Assembly: GCA_963777605.1 (NCBI GenBank)
Contig: CAVZRV010000010.1
Span: forward strand, 192,001-256,000
Length of the DNA stretch: 64,000 nucleotides
Direction: 5' to 3'
Origin: an uncultured Acidobacteriota bacterium
GTDB taxonomy: Bacteria > Acidobacteriota > UBA6911 > RPQK01 > JAPXNP01
The notes under the pieces are model-generated. The model did no database searches. It was given only the letters and a program-made list of their open reading frames with translations, and was not told the origin of the DNA. Position numbers and translations under genes: made by a program. Shown in pieces: positions 1 through 10,455 of the stretch (its first letter is position 1; each line of letters starts with the position of its first letter).

Positions 1-254
<254 letters not shown>

Positions 255-288
255 TTAGTCGGAAACGGCTCTAAAGGAAAGGCCGAAT

Positions 289-319
289 GCCGGAAACGCC
301 TCCGAGCAGGCGTTCCGGC
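289..319 (-). terminator. GC-rich hairpin between trxA and purA, possible weak terminator
   Basis: GCCGGAAACGCCT-CCGAGC-AGGCGTTCCGGC inverted repeat with one bulge; only a weak U-tract follows on the minus strand. Confidence 0.35.
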
Positions 320-349
320 CCGGGCCCTGGACTATCTATCCGGATGGAA

Positions 350-676
350 TCACAACTGGGCATCGATAACGCGCTGGATGTGATCCTTCGAAGTAGCACC
401 AACGATCTGGTCCTTTACTTCGCCATTCTTGAAGAGCAGTAGCGTAGGGATACCCCGAATGTTGTACCGGGCAGACGTCTCTGAATTGTCGTCCACATTC
501 AGTTTCACAACTTTCGCTTTGCCTTTGTAGTCACCGGCCACCTGGTCTACCGTCGGTGCCAGCATTCGGCAGGGAGCACACCAGGCTGCCCAGAAGTCCA
601 CCAGAACCGGAACATCGGATTTGATGACTTCCGCATCAAACGTCTCATCAGAAACATCTTTAACCAAATCGCTCAT
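350..676 (-). CDS. trxA: Thioredoxin
   Basis: VLVDFWAAWCAPC (CxxC) and GIPTLLLFKNG motifs, 108 aa. Confidence 0.96.
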   Translation of the reverse strand: MSDLVKDVSDETFDAEVIKSDVPVLVDFWAAWCAPCRMLAPTVDQVAGDYKGKAKVVKLNVDDNSETSARYNIRGIPTLLLFKNGEVKDQIVGATSKDHIQRVIDAQL

Positions 677-739
677 CGTAGCCTCCGTCGAATCTCTTAA
701 GCCATTTTAGTCTAAGCACTACTGGTAATATTAGGCACG

Positions 740-1585
740 TTGCAGGAACTAGTTCACGCCAAGAAGACATTGGGACAGCATTTCCTGGTAGACGACCAGT
801 ACTGCCGGCGCATCGTCGATCTTGCGTGCATCGGCGACGCCGATCGGGTCGTCGAAATCGGTCCGGGTACGGGACAGCTGACCGAACATCTCGTCGCCCG
901 GTCCCGCAAAGTCCTCGCACTCGAAATCGATCAAGATATGATCCATCTTCTGCAACAGCGCTTCGAAAAGGCGCTCACCGAGGGGCGCCTATCAATCGTG
1001 CACACCAACATCCTTGACCAGGACTGGATCAGCTTGCACCGTCTGATCGCTCCTGACGGTGGACCATTTTCCCCGGGAGGTCCGACACTCAAAGTGGTCG
1101 GCAACCTTCCCTACAACATTGCCACCCGCATTATCCAAAGGACGACAACGAACGCAAGAGGGTTTCAGGCTCTCGTCTTCATGACCCAAAAAGAGGTCGC
1201 CCAAAGGATCCTCGCTGAACCCGGTTCCCGGGACTACGGGTACATTTCCGTGTGGCTGGGATACTTCTTCGAGCGCGTAAAAGGGTTCGACGTCCCTCCC
1301 GGGGCGTTCCGTCCGCGTCCCAAAGTTTACTCCCATGTATTCTCGCTTTTCCCGAAACCGCCCGCCAGTGACCCGGTCGCTCCCGAGCAACTGCAATCGG
1401 TTCTCCGCGCCGCGTTCGGCCACCGCCGGAAGACACTCTGGAACAATCTTTCCCGGCACTATACCGACCACCGCCGGCTGGAGTCAGCCTTCGATCGTGC
1501 CGGACTTGCCCCGAAGACTCGCCCCGAACAAGTCACTCCGGACCAGTTTCTTTGTATGACCCGCGTGCTATCCTTTGCCCGATGA
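740..1585 (+). CDS. rsmA: 16S rRNA m6,2A1518/1519 dimethyltransferase
   Basis: KKTLGQHFL, VEIGPGTG, GNLPYNI, QKEVAQR, FRPRPKV motifs. Confidence 0.96.
   Translation: MQELVHAKKTLGQHFLVDDQYCRRIVDLACIGDADRVVEIGPGTGQLTEHLVARSRKVLALEIDQDMIHLLQQRFEKALTEGRLSIVHTNILDQDWISLHRLIAPDGGPFSPGGPTLKVVGNLPYNIATRIIQRTTTNARGFQALVFMTQKEVAQRILAEPGSRDYGYISVWLGYFFERVKGFDVPPGAFRPRPKVYSHVFSLFPKPPASDPVAPEQLQSVLRAAFGHRRKTLWNNLSRHYTDHRRLESAFDRAGLAPKTRPEQVTPDQFLCMTRVLSFAR
1566..1581 (+). promoter_or_regulatory. Extended -10 promoter giving a leaderless rnj transcript
   Basis: TG-C-TATCCT (1566-1574), then 7 nt, then ATG 1582; no Shine-Dalgarno. Confidence 0.55.
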
Positions 1586-3249
1586 GTGATTTTGTGGAAG
1601 TGATCCCGCTCGGTGGACTGGGCGAATTCGGCATGAACTGCTGCGCCCTCCGTTACGGTTCCGACATCATCCTGATCGACGCCGGGATGGCATTTCCTCG
1701 CGGGGAGAAAGGGCTCGACCTGGGGGTCCAGGTGATCGTTCCTGATTTCATCTTTGTCAAGGAGCATCGCGATCAGATCCGCGGCCTGATTCTGACCCAC
1801 GGTCATGAAGACCACGTGGGAGCAGTTTCGTTCCTGCTCCAGGAAATGAAACTGCCCATCTACGGAAGCGCCCTGACCCTCGGCCTGGTGGAGGAGCGAC
1901 TCAAAGAACGCAAGGTCGCGCACCTGGCTGAGTTTCACGAGATCCAATCCCGCGACAAGCTTGACTTCGGTCCTTTTCAGATCGAGCCGCTCCATGTGAC
2001 GCATTCCTATCCCGACAGTTTCTGCCTGGCGATTTCGACTCCGATCGGCTGCATCCTCTGGAGCGGAGACTTCAAGTTTGATCAGACGCCCATCGACGGA
2101 GTCGGTACCGACCTTCACCGACTGGCAGCCTACGGTGAGGAAGGCGTGCTGGCGCTTTTCGCGGACAGCACCAACAGCCTGCGGAGTGGCCTGGCTCCTT
2201 CTGAGTTTTCCGTCTACGAGCCACTGCGGAACCTTTTCCGTCGCTCGACTCGAAAGATTGTCGCCTCCACCTTTTCGTCGGGAATCCACCGCATCCAGGT
2301 CTTTCTCGACCTGGCCGAAGAGTTCGACCGCCGGGTCGTCCCGATCGGCAGGAGCATGATCAACAACATTCGGATCGCCACCGAGTTGGGTTACCTGGAT
2401 GCGCCGCCTGAACTTCTCATCAGTGCACCCGAGGCCGAACAAGTCCAGCCCGAACGCCTGCTCGTCCTGGCAACCGGCAGCCAGGGAGAGCCCGCTTCGG
2501 CGATGAGCCGGCTCGCCGTGGATCAGTTCAAGGGGATCCACGTCGAGGAAGACGACACCGTGATTCTTTCAACCCGGATCATTCCCGGCAACGAGATGTC
2601 GATCTCCCGAATGGTCAACCATTTCGTCCGCAGGGGCGCTCGTTTCTACGACTCCAATCACTCGCTCGTTCATGTCTCCGGACATGGCTACCGGGACGAT
2701 CTCAAGCTGTTGATGAACCTGACCCGGCCCCGATTCTTCGTCCCGATTCACGGCGAGTACCGGCAACTCAAAAGCCACTACTGGATTGCCCAAGACCAGG
2801 GAATCCCGGAGGAAGACTGCGCCCTGATCGAGAACGGTGACGTACTCCGGATCACTCTCCACGAACTCAAAGTGGTCGATCGAGTCCCGGCGGGCCGGCG
2901 ACCCATCGACGAAGGCGCCCTCGAAGAAGTCCACGAACTGGTTCTGCGCGACCGGAGATTCATGTCCGAGGACGGGTTCGTCCTGGTGATTCTCCAGATC
3001 GACCGGCCGTCCGGGGAACTGGTCGGCGATCCCGAAATCGTCTCGCGGGGATTCGTCCACCCGGAGCAGTCCGAGGTTCTCTTGAAAGCCGCGCGCGAAA
3101 AGATCATCGAGGTCCTCTCCAGCACCAGCCTGGAAGAGAAACAGGATGACGAAATTCTGAGCGAACTCCTTCGCAAGGAACTGCGCCGCCTCTTCCGGAA
3201 GAGGACTGGAAAAAGGCCACTGGTCCTGTCACTCGTCATGGAGAACTGA
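1582..3249 (+). CDS. rnj: Ribonuclease J
   Basis: IPLGGLGEFGMN, THGHEDH, GDFKFD, TGSQGEP, HVSGH, PIHGE; start moved to ATG 1582 (ATGA overlap with the rsmA stop). Confidence 0.96.
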   Translation: MSDFVEVIPLGGLGEFGMNCCALRYGSDIILIDAGMAFPRGEKGLDLGVQVIVPDFIFVKEHRDQIRGLILTHGHEDHVGAVSFLLQEMKLPIYGSALTLGLVEERLKERKVAHLAEFHEIQSRDKLDFGPFQIEPLHVTHSYPDSFCLAISTPIGCILWSGDFKFDQTPIDGVGTDLHRLAAYGEEGVLALFADSTNSLRSGLAPSEFSVYEPLRNLFRRSTRKIVASTFSSGIHRIQVFLDLAEEFDRRVVPIGRSMINNIRIATELGYLDAPPELLISAPEAEQVQPERLLVLATGSQGEPASAMSRLAVDQFKGIHVEEDDTVILSTRIIPGNEMSISRMVNHFVRRGARFYDSNHSLVHVSGHGYRDDLKLLMNLTRPRFFVPIHGEYRQLKSHYWIAQDQGIPEEDCALIENGDVLRITLHELKVVDRVPAGRRPIDEGALEEVHELVLRDRRFMSEDGFVLVILQIDRPSGELVGDPEIVSRGFVHPEQSEVLLKAAREKIIEVLSSTSLEEKQDDEILSELLRKELRRLFRKRTGKRPLVLSLVMEN

Positions 3250-3343
3250 TCCAGCCTCCCCTGTCTGTCGGGTCTGCTATGCTGAGGCGAGGCAGGCTCG
3301 GACCGAACGCCCGGTTGAATTCAGTTTCGAGGATTGAGTATCC

Positions 3344-5644
3344 ATGGCCGTGCAACTCAAGAAGAAATCGCGAGAAATGTCAGGGCTAATTTACCTGGCT
3401 GTGACCTGCCTCCTTTACCTGGCCCTTTTCAGCTACCGCACCCTCGACCCGTCGATGAACGTCGCGTCGTCGACAAGCAGTGTGAGCAACCTGGTTGGCA
3501 GGGTTGGATCCTGGACCGCCGACATTCTTTTTCAGTTTCTTGGGGTTTCCGCAATCCTCGTCCCCCTTCCATTGCTTTTCGTGGGAGTTCGCAAATTGCT
3601 CGGGCGGGGGATCGAGTACCCTTGGCTGAAGACTCTTGGATTCCTCGGGATTATCCTCAGCCTCGCCGGACTCCTCAGCCTGGCTGAACCTGTCTTCCCT
3701 ATCCGCCTCGAGTTCCAACCCGGAGGCGTCCTCGGAACAGTGGTTTCCGAGGGGATCGTCAAGTGGCTCAACTCGACCGGTGGAGGAGTGGTGCTGGGTG
3801 TCATCCTGCTCGCTTCACTGACTTTGACGACCCGCTTCTCGATCGAAGGAATGGTCACCTGGCTCGGCACAAAGCGTTTCCATCCTTTCTCTGGAATTCG
3901 TCAGCGGTGGGCAGCCTGGAAGGCACGACGGCGCGACCACAAAGCCGTTAGCGAGCTCCGTAAGGCGGACAGGCAGGTGGTGACCCAGTCGGTTCCGCGC
4001 CAGATCGCGATGGGCGGCGGGGAGGAAAGCACTTCGACGGATTCTGCGGGGAGAAAAATAGCGGTCTCCGACCCGGGGCGAGCTGCCAACCGCCCCCCGG
4101 TTGTAGAACCGGTCCGCCGGCAGAGCTATCCGGCCCAATCGCAGTCGGAAAGAGGCTCCCGCTACCAACTCGAAGAGGAGGATTCCAGGGACGACCGGGA
4201 ATTCGTTTTGCCGAACCTCAGCTTTCTGCAGGAGCCTCCCGATTCGCTCGAGTACGACGAGCAGGAGCTGGTCCAGCGGGCCCACAAGCTGACCATGAAG
4301 TGCGCTGAATTCGGTGTCACCGGGCAGGTTAAGCAAATTCATCCGGGGCCGGTGGTCACGACCTTCGAGTTCAAGCCCGATCCGGGGGTCAAGTACAGCC
4401 GGATCACCAACCTGGAAGATGACCTCTGCCTCGCGATGAAGGCTGAATCAATCCGCATCGACCGCTTCCCGGGCAAGAGCACGGTCGGAATCGAAGTTCC
4501 CAATCTGAAACGGCGCATCATCTTTCTGGAAGAGATTTTCTCCTCCAGCCATTTCCAGGAGGCATCGTCCAAGCTGACCCTGGGTCTGGGTCAACTGATC
4601 AACGGAGAGACTTTCGTAGCCGATCTGGCCCGCATGCCTCACCTCCTGATTGCAGGTTCCACGGGGTCGGGCAAGAGCGTGGGCTTGAACTGCATGGTTT
4701 GTTCGATTCTCTACAAGGCGCGCCCTGACGAAGTCCGTTTCATCATGGTTGACCCCAAGCGGCTCGAGTTGGGTCTCTACGACCAAATTCCCCACCTGAT
4801 GACTCCGATCGTGACCGACCCCAAAAAGGCGGCCAACGCACTCAACTGGGCAGTCCGGGAGATGGAGGACCGATACAAGGTTCTGGCCCAGCAGGGCGTC
4901 CGGAACATCGCCCAGTTCAACGAAGCGGCCCGCGCATCCCAGGAGTCGGAGGATGGAGAAGCTTTGGCGCCGCTTCCCAACATCGTCATCATCGTCGATG
5001 AACTCGCGGATCTCATGATGACGGCGGGCAAAGAAGTGGAAACCGCCGTGACCCGCTTGGCGCAGATGGCCCGGGCCGTCGGCATCCATCTCATCCTGGC
5101 TACCCAGCGTCCCTCAGTCGATGTCATCACCGGGTTAATCAAGGCCAACTTTCCGTGCCGGATCTCCTTCCGGGTCTCTTCCAAGATCGACAGCCGCACG
5201 ATCCTCGATTCAAACGGGTCCGAGCAACTTCTGGGCATGGGTGACTCGCTCTACCTCTCTCCGGAATCGTCCCGTCTGGTGCGCATCCACGGGGCCTACA
5301 TCAGTGAAAAGGAAATCGCACGAATTGTCCGTTTCCTGAAGGAGCAGGGCCAGCCAGAGTACCAGGAGGAGATTCTGCTGGGAGACGAGAACGACTCCGA
5401 TTCGTCTCTGGTCGATCTCGGGGATCTCGAAGACTCTCTTTACGCCGAGTCCGCTCGCTTCGTGGTGGAGACCCGCAAGGCTTCGACTTCGCTTCTCCAG
5501 CGTCGCTTTCGGATCGGCTACGGTAGAGCTGCTCGCCTCCTCGACATGATGGAGCACGAAGGAATCGTGGGTCCGCCGGATGGCAGTCGTCCCAGGGAGA
5601 TTCTGGTTCCGCCGGACTATTTCAACGAAATCGATAACCTGTGA
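3344..5644 (+). CDS. ftsK: DNA translocase FtsK/SpoIIIE
   Basis: N-terminal TM domain, PHLLIAGSTGSGKSV Walker A, LILATQRPSVDVITG, C-terminal gamma domain ASTSLLQRRFRIGYGRAARLLD. Confidence 0.97.
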   Translation: MAVQLKKKSREMSGLIYLAVTCLLYLALFSYRTLDPSMNVASSTSSVSNLVGRVGSWTADILFQFLGVSAILVPLPLLFVGVRKLLGRGIEYPWLKTLGFLGIILSLAGLLSLAEPVFPIRLEFQPGGVLGTVVSEGIVKWLNSTGGGVVLGVILLASLTLTTRFSIEGMVTWLGTKRFHPFSGIRQRWAAWKARRRDHKAVSELRKADRQVVTQSVPRQIAMGGGEESTSTDSAGRKIAVSDPGRAANRPPVVEPVRRQSYPAQSQSERGSRYQLEEEDSRDDREFVLPNLSFLQEPPDSLEYDEQELVQRAHKLTMKCAEFGVTGQVKQIHPGPVVTTFEFKPDPGVKYSRITNLEDDLCLAMKAESIRIDRFPGKSTVGIEVPNLKRRIIFLEEIFSSSHFQEASSKLTLGLGQLINGETFVADLARMPHLLIAGSTGSGKSVGLNCMVCSILYKARPDEVRFIMVDPKRLELGLYDQIPHLMTPIVTDPKKAANALNWAVREMEDRYKVLAQQGVRNIAQFNEAARASQESEDGEALAPLPNIVIIVDELADLMMTAGKEVETAVTRLAQMARAVGIHLILATQRPSVDVITGLIKANFPCRISFRVSSKIDSRTILDSNGSEQLLGMGDSLYLSPESSRLVRIHGAYISEKEIARIVRFLKEQGQPEYQEEILLGDENDSDSSLVDLGDLEDSLYAESARFVVETRKASTSLLQRRFRIGYGRAARLLDMMEHEGIVGPPDGSRPREILVPPDYFNEIDNL

Positions 5645-5742
5645 GAGGCCGTCCCAGACCCGGGACTCCCGTTGAACCCAGTGGCTCCGGAGGCGAAGTT
5701 CTCCGAATCTGCAAGTCGACCTGGGGTAGAATAGAAAAGACA

Positions 5743-6642
5743 ATGGGTCGGCATCTGATTCCCACGCTTTTCAGCGTCGTTCTCATATTGGGCCCGTCGC
5801 TGGGCCAGGACAAGCCTCAAGGACCACCCCGGTTCACGGTGGAGGTACCGACGGTACTGGTTCGGGTGACCGTTACCGATCCCCTGAATCGATACGTAGT
5901 CGGCCTCGAGAAGCAGCACTTCCAGGTTTACGAAGACAAGGTCGAACAGAGCATCTCCCACTTCTCCAACGACAAGTCCCCGATCAGCGTCGGCATTATT
6001 CTCGACACCAGCGGGTCAATGGGGGACAACATCCTGAGTGCTCGAACCTCCGTGGCGCGCTTCCTGGAACAGTCGGACCCTGCCGATGAGATGTTTCTCA
6101 TCGGCTTCAACGACCGAAGCACGGTGCTCCGGGATTTCACCGCCAACCCCGACACCCTCCGCGGAGACATTTCGGTGGTCGGACCAAAGGGTAGAACCGC
6201 TCTCTACGACGCCATCTACCTGGGCCTCGAGAAAATGTCCCAGGCCCGAAACGACAAGAAGGCCCTGATCGTGATCACGGACGGCGAGGACAACACGAGT
6301 CGATACACCTTCAGCGAAGTGAAGGATCGTGTAAAAGAGTCCGATACGCAGATCTACGTGATCGGCGAGCGGGGAGAACTGGGCTACGGAAGAGGGATCA
6401 TCAACGAAATTGTCCGCCTCACCGGCGGACGCGCATTCTTTCCCCACAACTTCAAACAGTTGGACTATTTCGTGGACCTTATTCATACGGAACTCCGCAA
6501 CCAATACGTGCTCGGTTTCGTTCCCCTCGACCAGAACTTCTCCGGAGAGTGGCGCAAGCTCAGGGTGAAACTGGATCCGCCCGAAGGGCTGCCGAAGTTG
6601 ACCGTGCGTGCCCGCGAGGGTTATTTTGCGCCGGTTAACTGA
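5743..6642 (+). CDS. Exported VWA-domain protein, acidobacterial type
   Basis: Signal peptide from ATG 5743; FQVYEDKVEQ, MIDAS DTSGSM, GRTALYDAI, ITDGEDN, ELRNQYVLGF, VRAREGYFAP. Confidence 0.88.
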   Translation: MGRHLIPTLFSVVLILGPSLGQDKPQGPPRFTVEVPTVLVRVTVTDPLNRYVVGLEKQHFQVYEDKVEQSISHFSNDKSPISVGIILDTSGSMGDNILSARTSVARFLEQSDPADEMFLIGFNDRSTVLRDFTANPDTLRGDISVVGPKGRTALYDAIYLGLEKMSQARNDKKALIVITDGEDNTSRYTFSEVKDRVKESDTQIYVIGERGELGYGRGIINEIVRLTGGRAFFPHNFKQLDYFVDLIHTELRNQYVLGFVPLDQNFSGEWRKLRVKLDPPEGLPKLTVRAREGYFAPVN

Positions 6643-6673
6643 GAACGACGTCGTACCCGTTGGAGGGACCCTC

Positions 6674-7624
6674 GTGAGAAAACTCCAGTTGTTTCCCCTT
6701 CTCGGACTCATTGCCCTGGCCGGGTTCACATTCCGGGATTTTCACCTGCTGGCCCAGCAGACGCCCCGCTACAGCACGCACGTCGAACAGGTCGTGGTCT
6801 ACGCATCGGTGTACGACGATAAGATGCAGTTGGCCACCGACCTGACCCGATCCGATTTCATGCTGTTCGAGGACAAGGTCGAGCAGCAGTTGACCAGCTT
6901 CGCCAAGACCGACATTCCCTCGACAATAGGAATCGTCTTGGACTCGAGTGGCAGCATGAAGGGCAAATGGAGGATGGTCGAAGGCGCGGTCGATCTCTTC
7001 CTGTCCCAGAACAACCCGTCCAACGAACTCTTCTTTATCCGGTTCGACGACGAGGTTGAACTGGAAGAGGATCTCACCTACGAGCCCGAGGACATCCGGG
7101 ACGCCGTGAGCAACGTGGTCGTCAAGGGAGGGACATCGCTCTGGGACGCCATCTTTCTTGCCGTCGACAAGGCCGGGCAAGGCCACGAACCCAAGAAGGT
7201 CGTCGTCGTCTTCACCGACGGTGAGGACAAGGACAGTTACTACAAGCAGTCGGAAGTCCTCGACAAAGTCCAGGAAGCCGACACGCAGATTTTCATAGTT
7301 GCATTTCTGGATAAGGACCTGACCGACGACAAGGGCTTTTTCGGTATTTTCAAGTCCCAGCGTGAGAAAGTCCAGAAGGAGATCTCCGAGGTGGCGGAGG
7401 TCACGGGAGGGCTGGCCTTCTTTCCGGAATCGACCGACGAACTCAACCCCGCCTTCGAAGCCATTGCCTACGAACTGAAGAACCAGTACCGACTCGCTTA
7501 CATCTCGTCCAACCCCAACCGGGACGGCAACTGGAGGAAGATCGACGTCAAGGTCAAAGACGCCAAGGAGCGCGGCCTTCGCGTCCGGGCCAAGAAAGGC
7601 TACTCGGCCCCCAAGGACTCATAA
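6674..7624 (+). CDS. Exported VWA-domain protein, acidobacterial type (paralog 2)
   Basis: GGAGG SD then GTG 6674; MIDAS DSSGSM, GGTSLWDAI, FTDGED, ELKNQYRLAY, VRAKKGY. Confidence 0.88.
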   Translation: MRKLQLFPLLGLIALAGFTFRDFHLLAQQTPRYSTHVEQVVVYASVYDDKMQLATDLTRSDFMLFEDKVEQQLTSFAKTDIPSTIGIVLDSSGSMKGKWRMVEGAVDLFLSQNNPSNELFFIRFDDEVELEEDLTYEPEDIRDAVSNVVVKGGTSLWDAIFLAVDKAGQGHEPKKVVVVFTDGEDKDSYYKQSEVLDKVQEADTQIFIVAFLDKDLTDDKGFFGIFKSQREKVQKEISEVAEVTGGLAFFPESTDELNPAFEAIAYELKNQYRLAYISSNPNRDGNWRKIDVKVKDAKERGLRVRAKKGYSAPKDS

Positions 7625-7738
7625 CCCGGGATTCGCCTTGAAATTGGTTTTTCGGAACCCCAGACCAAAGACGTCGCCAAGATTCTTTGGGCCGAACAAA
7701 GAGACCAGACCCTGCTTTCTGACGACTGCTGATCACTG

Positions 7739-7773
7739 TTGACTTGGGGCAGTCCCGCGCCTATTCTGACGGG
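7739..7773 (+). promoter_or_regulatory. Sigma70-type promoter giving a leaderless ilvE transcript
   Basis: TTGACT (7739-7744)-17 nt-TATTCT (7762-7767)-6 nt-ATG 7774. Confidence 0.65.
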
Positions 7774-8718
7774 ATGGTCAAAGCGAGTAAGATCTGGCAC
7801 AACGGCAAACTCATCGCGTGGGACGATGCCAAGGTTCACGTGATCGCCCACGTGTTTCATTACGGCACCAGCGTTTTCGAAGGTATTCGCTGCTATCAGA
7901 CTCGGCGAGGTTCTGAAGTATTCCGGCTCCAGGAACACATGCAGCGACTCTATAACTCGGCCAGAGTCTACCGGATGGAGATTCCTTTCTCTCTCGAAGA
8001 CCTTGAGGAAGCAACCCTGGCAACGATTCGGGCCAATGAACTGAAGCACTGCTACATTCGTCCCCTGGTTTTCCGCGGAGTCGGTGCGATCGGTGTCAAC
8101 CCGATCAAGAACCCGGTTGAGAGCTACATTCTGACTTGGGAGTGGGGCAAGTATTTGGGCGATGAAGCCATTGAACAAGGCGTCGACGTCTGTGTTTCGA
8201 GCTGGCACCGGGCCGCCCCAAACACGTTTCCGACGATGGCCAAGGCGGGTGGCAACTACCTCAACAGCACGCTCGTGAAGATGGAAGCGGTCGCGAACGG
8301 GTACGCCGAGGGGATCGCCCTCGATACCAACGGCTACATCAGTGAAGGTAGCGGAGAGAACGTCTTCATCTTCTACGAAGGACGACTTTGGACACCGCCG
8401 ACAGCCAACGCCATCCTCCCTGGAATCACCCGGAACAGCGTCCTTCGACTATGCGAAGAACTGGGAATCGACGTAGTGGAGCAGCAAATACCCCGGGAAA
8501 TGCTCTATTTAGCCGATGAGATCTTCATGACTGGAACCGCCGCGGAAATCACCCCGGTTCGATCGGTCGACCGAATGCCGGTCGGAGCCGGCAGGCGAGG
8601 CGAAGTTACGGCCCAGCTTCAGCGCCGGTTCTTTGACTACGTTGAAGGGGCGGTTGAAGACCGCTACGGTTGGATGACGCCGGTTTACGCCGAGAAGCCA
8701 GTCGGAAGGGAATCCTGA
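7774..8718 (+). CDS. ilvE: Branched-chain amino acid aminotransferase
   Basis: FHYGTSVFEGIRCY, AKAGGNY (PLP lysine), EGSGENVF, ILPGITR, GTAAEITP. Confidence 0.96.
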   Translation: MVKASKIWHNGKLIAWDDAKVHVIAHVFHYGTSVFEGIRCYQTRRGSEVFRLQEHMQRLYNSARVYRMEIPFSLEDLEEATLATIRANELKHCYIRPLVFRGVGAIGVNPIKNPVESYILTWEWGKYLGDEAIEQGVDVCVSSWHRAAPNTFPTMAKAGGNYLNSTLVKMEAVANGYAEGIALDTNGYISEGSGENVFIFYEGRLWTPPTANAILPGITRNSVLRLCEELGIDVVEQQIPREMLYLADEIFMTGTAAEITPVRSVDRMPVGAGRRGEVTAQLQRRFFDYVEGAVEDRYGWMTPVYAEKPVGRES

Positions 8719-8782
8719 ATCGATTCGCGATTGAACCTGATCTGATTTCCAACATTGCCGATAAGAAGGCAGAGGATGGGTC

Positions 8783-9874
8783 ATGATCGATCTGGGAAAA
8801 CTGTTGCGTCACGCCGTCAAGGTTGGGGCTTCCGATATCCACCTGAAGGTTGGCAATCATCCATTTATCCGGATTGAGGGACAACTTGCCCCTCTTACTT
8901 CCGAGGATGAAATCCGCAAGGAAGATACCATCGGGCTGGTCAAGGAGATCCTGAATCCGAGACAGCGTGAAATCCTGGCGGAAAGATCCGAAGTCGACCT
9001 CTCTTTCGGCGTTGATGCTATGGGGCGTTTCCGCCTCGCGGTATTCCAGCAGCGCGGCACGATCGCCATGGCGCTGCGACTCATCCCAACCGAGATTCCG
9101 ACCGTTGAGCAGCTCAATCTTCCGCCCGTCCTGAGCGAGATCGCTGAGGGTCAACGAGGGCTCGTTCTCGTCACGGGAATTACGGGAAGTGGAAAATCGA
9201 CCACGCTTGCGTCGATGATCAGCCATCTCAACGTTACGACCCGCGCCAACATCATCACCATCGAAGACCCCATCGAGTTTCTCCTCCGGGACAATCTGTG
9301 TCTGATCTCGCAGAGGGAAACCGCCAACGACACGCTCAACTTCGCATCTGCCCTGAGGGCGGCGATGCGGCAGGATCCGGACGTGATCATGGTTGGAGAA
9401 ATGCGCGATCAGGAAACCGTCCTCATTGCACTTCAGGCAGCCCAGACCGGACACCTGGTCCTGAGCACCCTGCACACAACTGATGCGATCACAACGGTCG
9501 ATCGCGTGATCGCCATGTTTCCGGTTTCGCAGCAGCAGGATGTTCGCTTTCAGCTGGCTTCCGCACTGACGGCGGTCATTTCGATGCGCCTGATCCGCAG
9601 CTCCATTTCCGGGAAGCGGCTTCCCGCCGTCGAAATCCTGCGCAACACCGACCAGGTGGCCTCGCTCATCGTCCAGCCCGACCGGATCAAGGAGATTCGG
9701 GGGGCCATGGAGTCCGGCAGGTCCCAGTACAAGATGCAGACCTTCGATCAGTCGATCTTCAATCATTACAAGGCCGGCCTGATCTCGAAGGAAGATGCCC
9801 TCAAGTATGCGACGTCTCCGGAAGATCTGCGGCTCAAGATCCAGGGTATCGTCAGCTCCTCGGAACTGGTGTGA
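8783..9874 (+). CDS. pilT: PilT/PilU-family type IV pilus retraction ATPase
   Basis: ASDIHL, GITGSGKSTTLAS, TIEDPIEF, RQDPDVIMVGEMRD, TGHLVLSTLHT, MQTFDQ. Confidence 0.9.
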   Translation: MIDLGKLLRHAVKVGASDIHLKVGNHPFIRIEGQLAPLTSEDEIRKEDTIGLVKEILNPRQREILAERSEVDLSFGVDAMGRFRLAVFQQRGTIAMALRLIPTEIPTVEQLNLPPVLSEIAEGQRGLVLVTGITGSGKSTTLASMISHLNVTTRANIITIEDPIEFLLRDNLCLISQRETANDTLNFASALRAAMRQDPDVIMVGEMRDQETVLIALQAAQTGHLVLSTLHTTDAITTVDRVIAMFPVSQQQDVRFQLASALTAVISMRLIRSSISGKRLPAVEILRNTDQVASLIVQPDRIKEIRGAMESGRSQYKMQTFDQSIFNHYKAGLISKEDALKYATSPEDLRLKIQGIVSSSELV

Positions 9875-10335
9875 CCGAACCGCTCTACGACTACGCCATT
9901 CGGCTCCTGGCGCGCAGGGCCTATGGCACGGAGGAATTGCGTCGCAGACTGCGTCGCCGTCCTGACGCCGCCGATACCGAAAAAGTCCTGGAACGCCTCA
10001 CCGGCCACGGATATCTCGACGATGCCGCGTTCGCGGACGGGCGTGCCCGTTTTTGTCGACTTCGCAAGCGATGGGGCAACCTCCGGATTACGCAAGACTT
10101 AAAGAGGCTGGGTCTGAGTGCTAGAATGATTCGGCTTGCCGTAAGCCGGCTGGACGAAGTTTGTTCGGAGCGGGAAAGCCTGAAAAGCCTGATCGAGTCA
10201 TGGATCAAGAGCAGGGGAAAACCGGCCAAGGCGGCGGAATTGAAGAAATTATACGACCGATGCTTTCGACTCGGGTACCGCGCCGAACTGGTTCGAGCGG
10301 AACTCGGCGAGTTCTTTGATCGGATTGACTGGTAG
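9871..10335 (+). CDS. recX: Regulatory protein RecX
   Basis: AIRLLARRAY..ELRRRL, GYLDDAAFA, WGNLRITQDLKRLG, RLGY; directly upstream of alaS. Confidence 0.88.
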   Translation: MTEPLYDYAIRLLARRAYGTEELRRRLRRRPDAADTEKVLERLTGHGYLDDAAFADGRARFCRLRKRWGNLRITQDLKRLGLSARMIRLAVSRLDEVCSERESLKSLIESWIKSRGKPAKAAELKKLYDRCFRLGYRAELVRAELGEFFDRIDW

Positions 10336-10455
10336 AACAACTGCGACCCGGCGCCCGCGACGGAACGAAGTCGAAATCCTCGCATAGACTGGTTCGGGCC
10401 ATCTTTATGAATCAATTTGACCGCGTGCCGGCTCAGCCCGAGTTCGGAACAAATC

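Noticed and set aside
10336-10455. T-box or attenuator leaders before alaS (also ileS, trpS)
   Set aside because: No T-box consensus or terminator; leaders are too short
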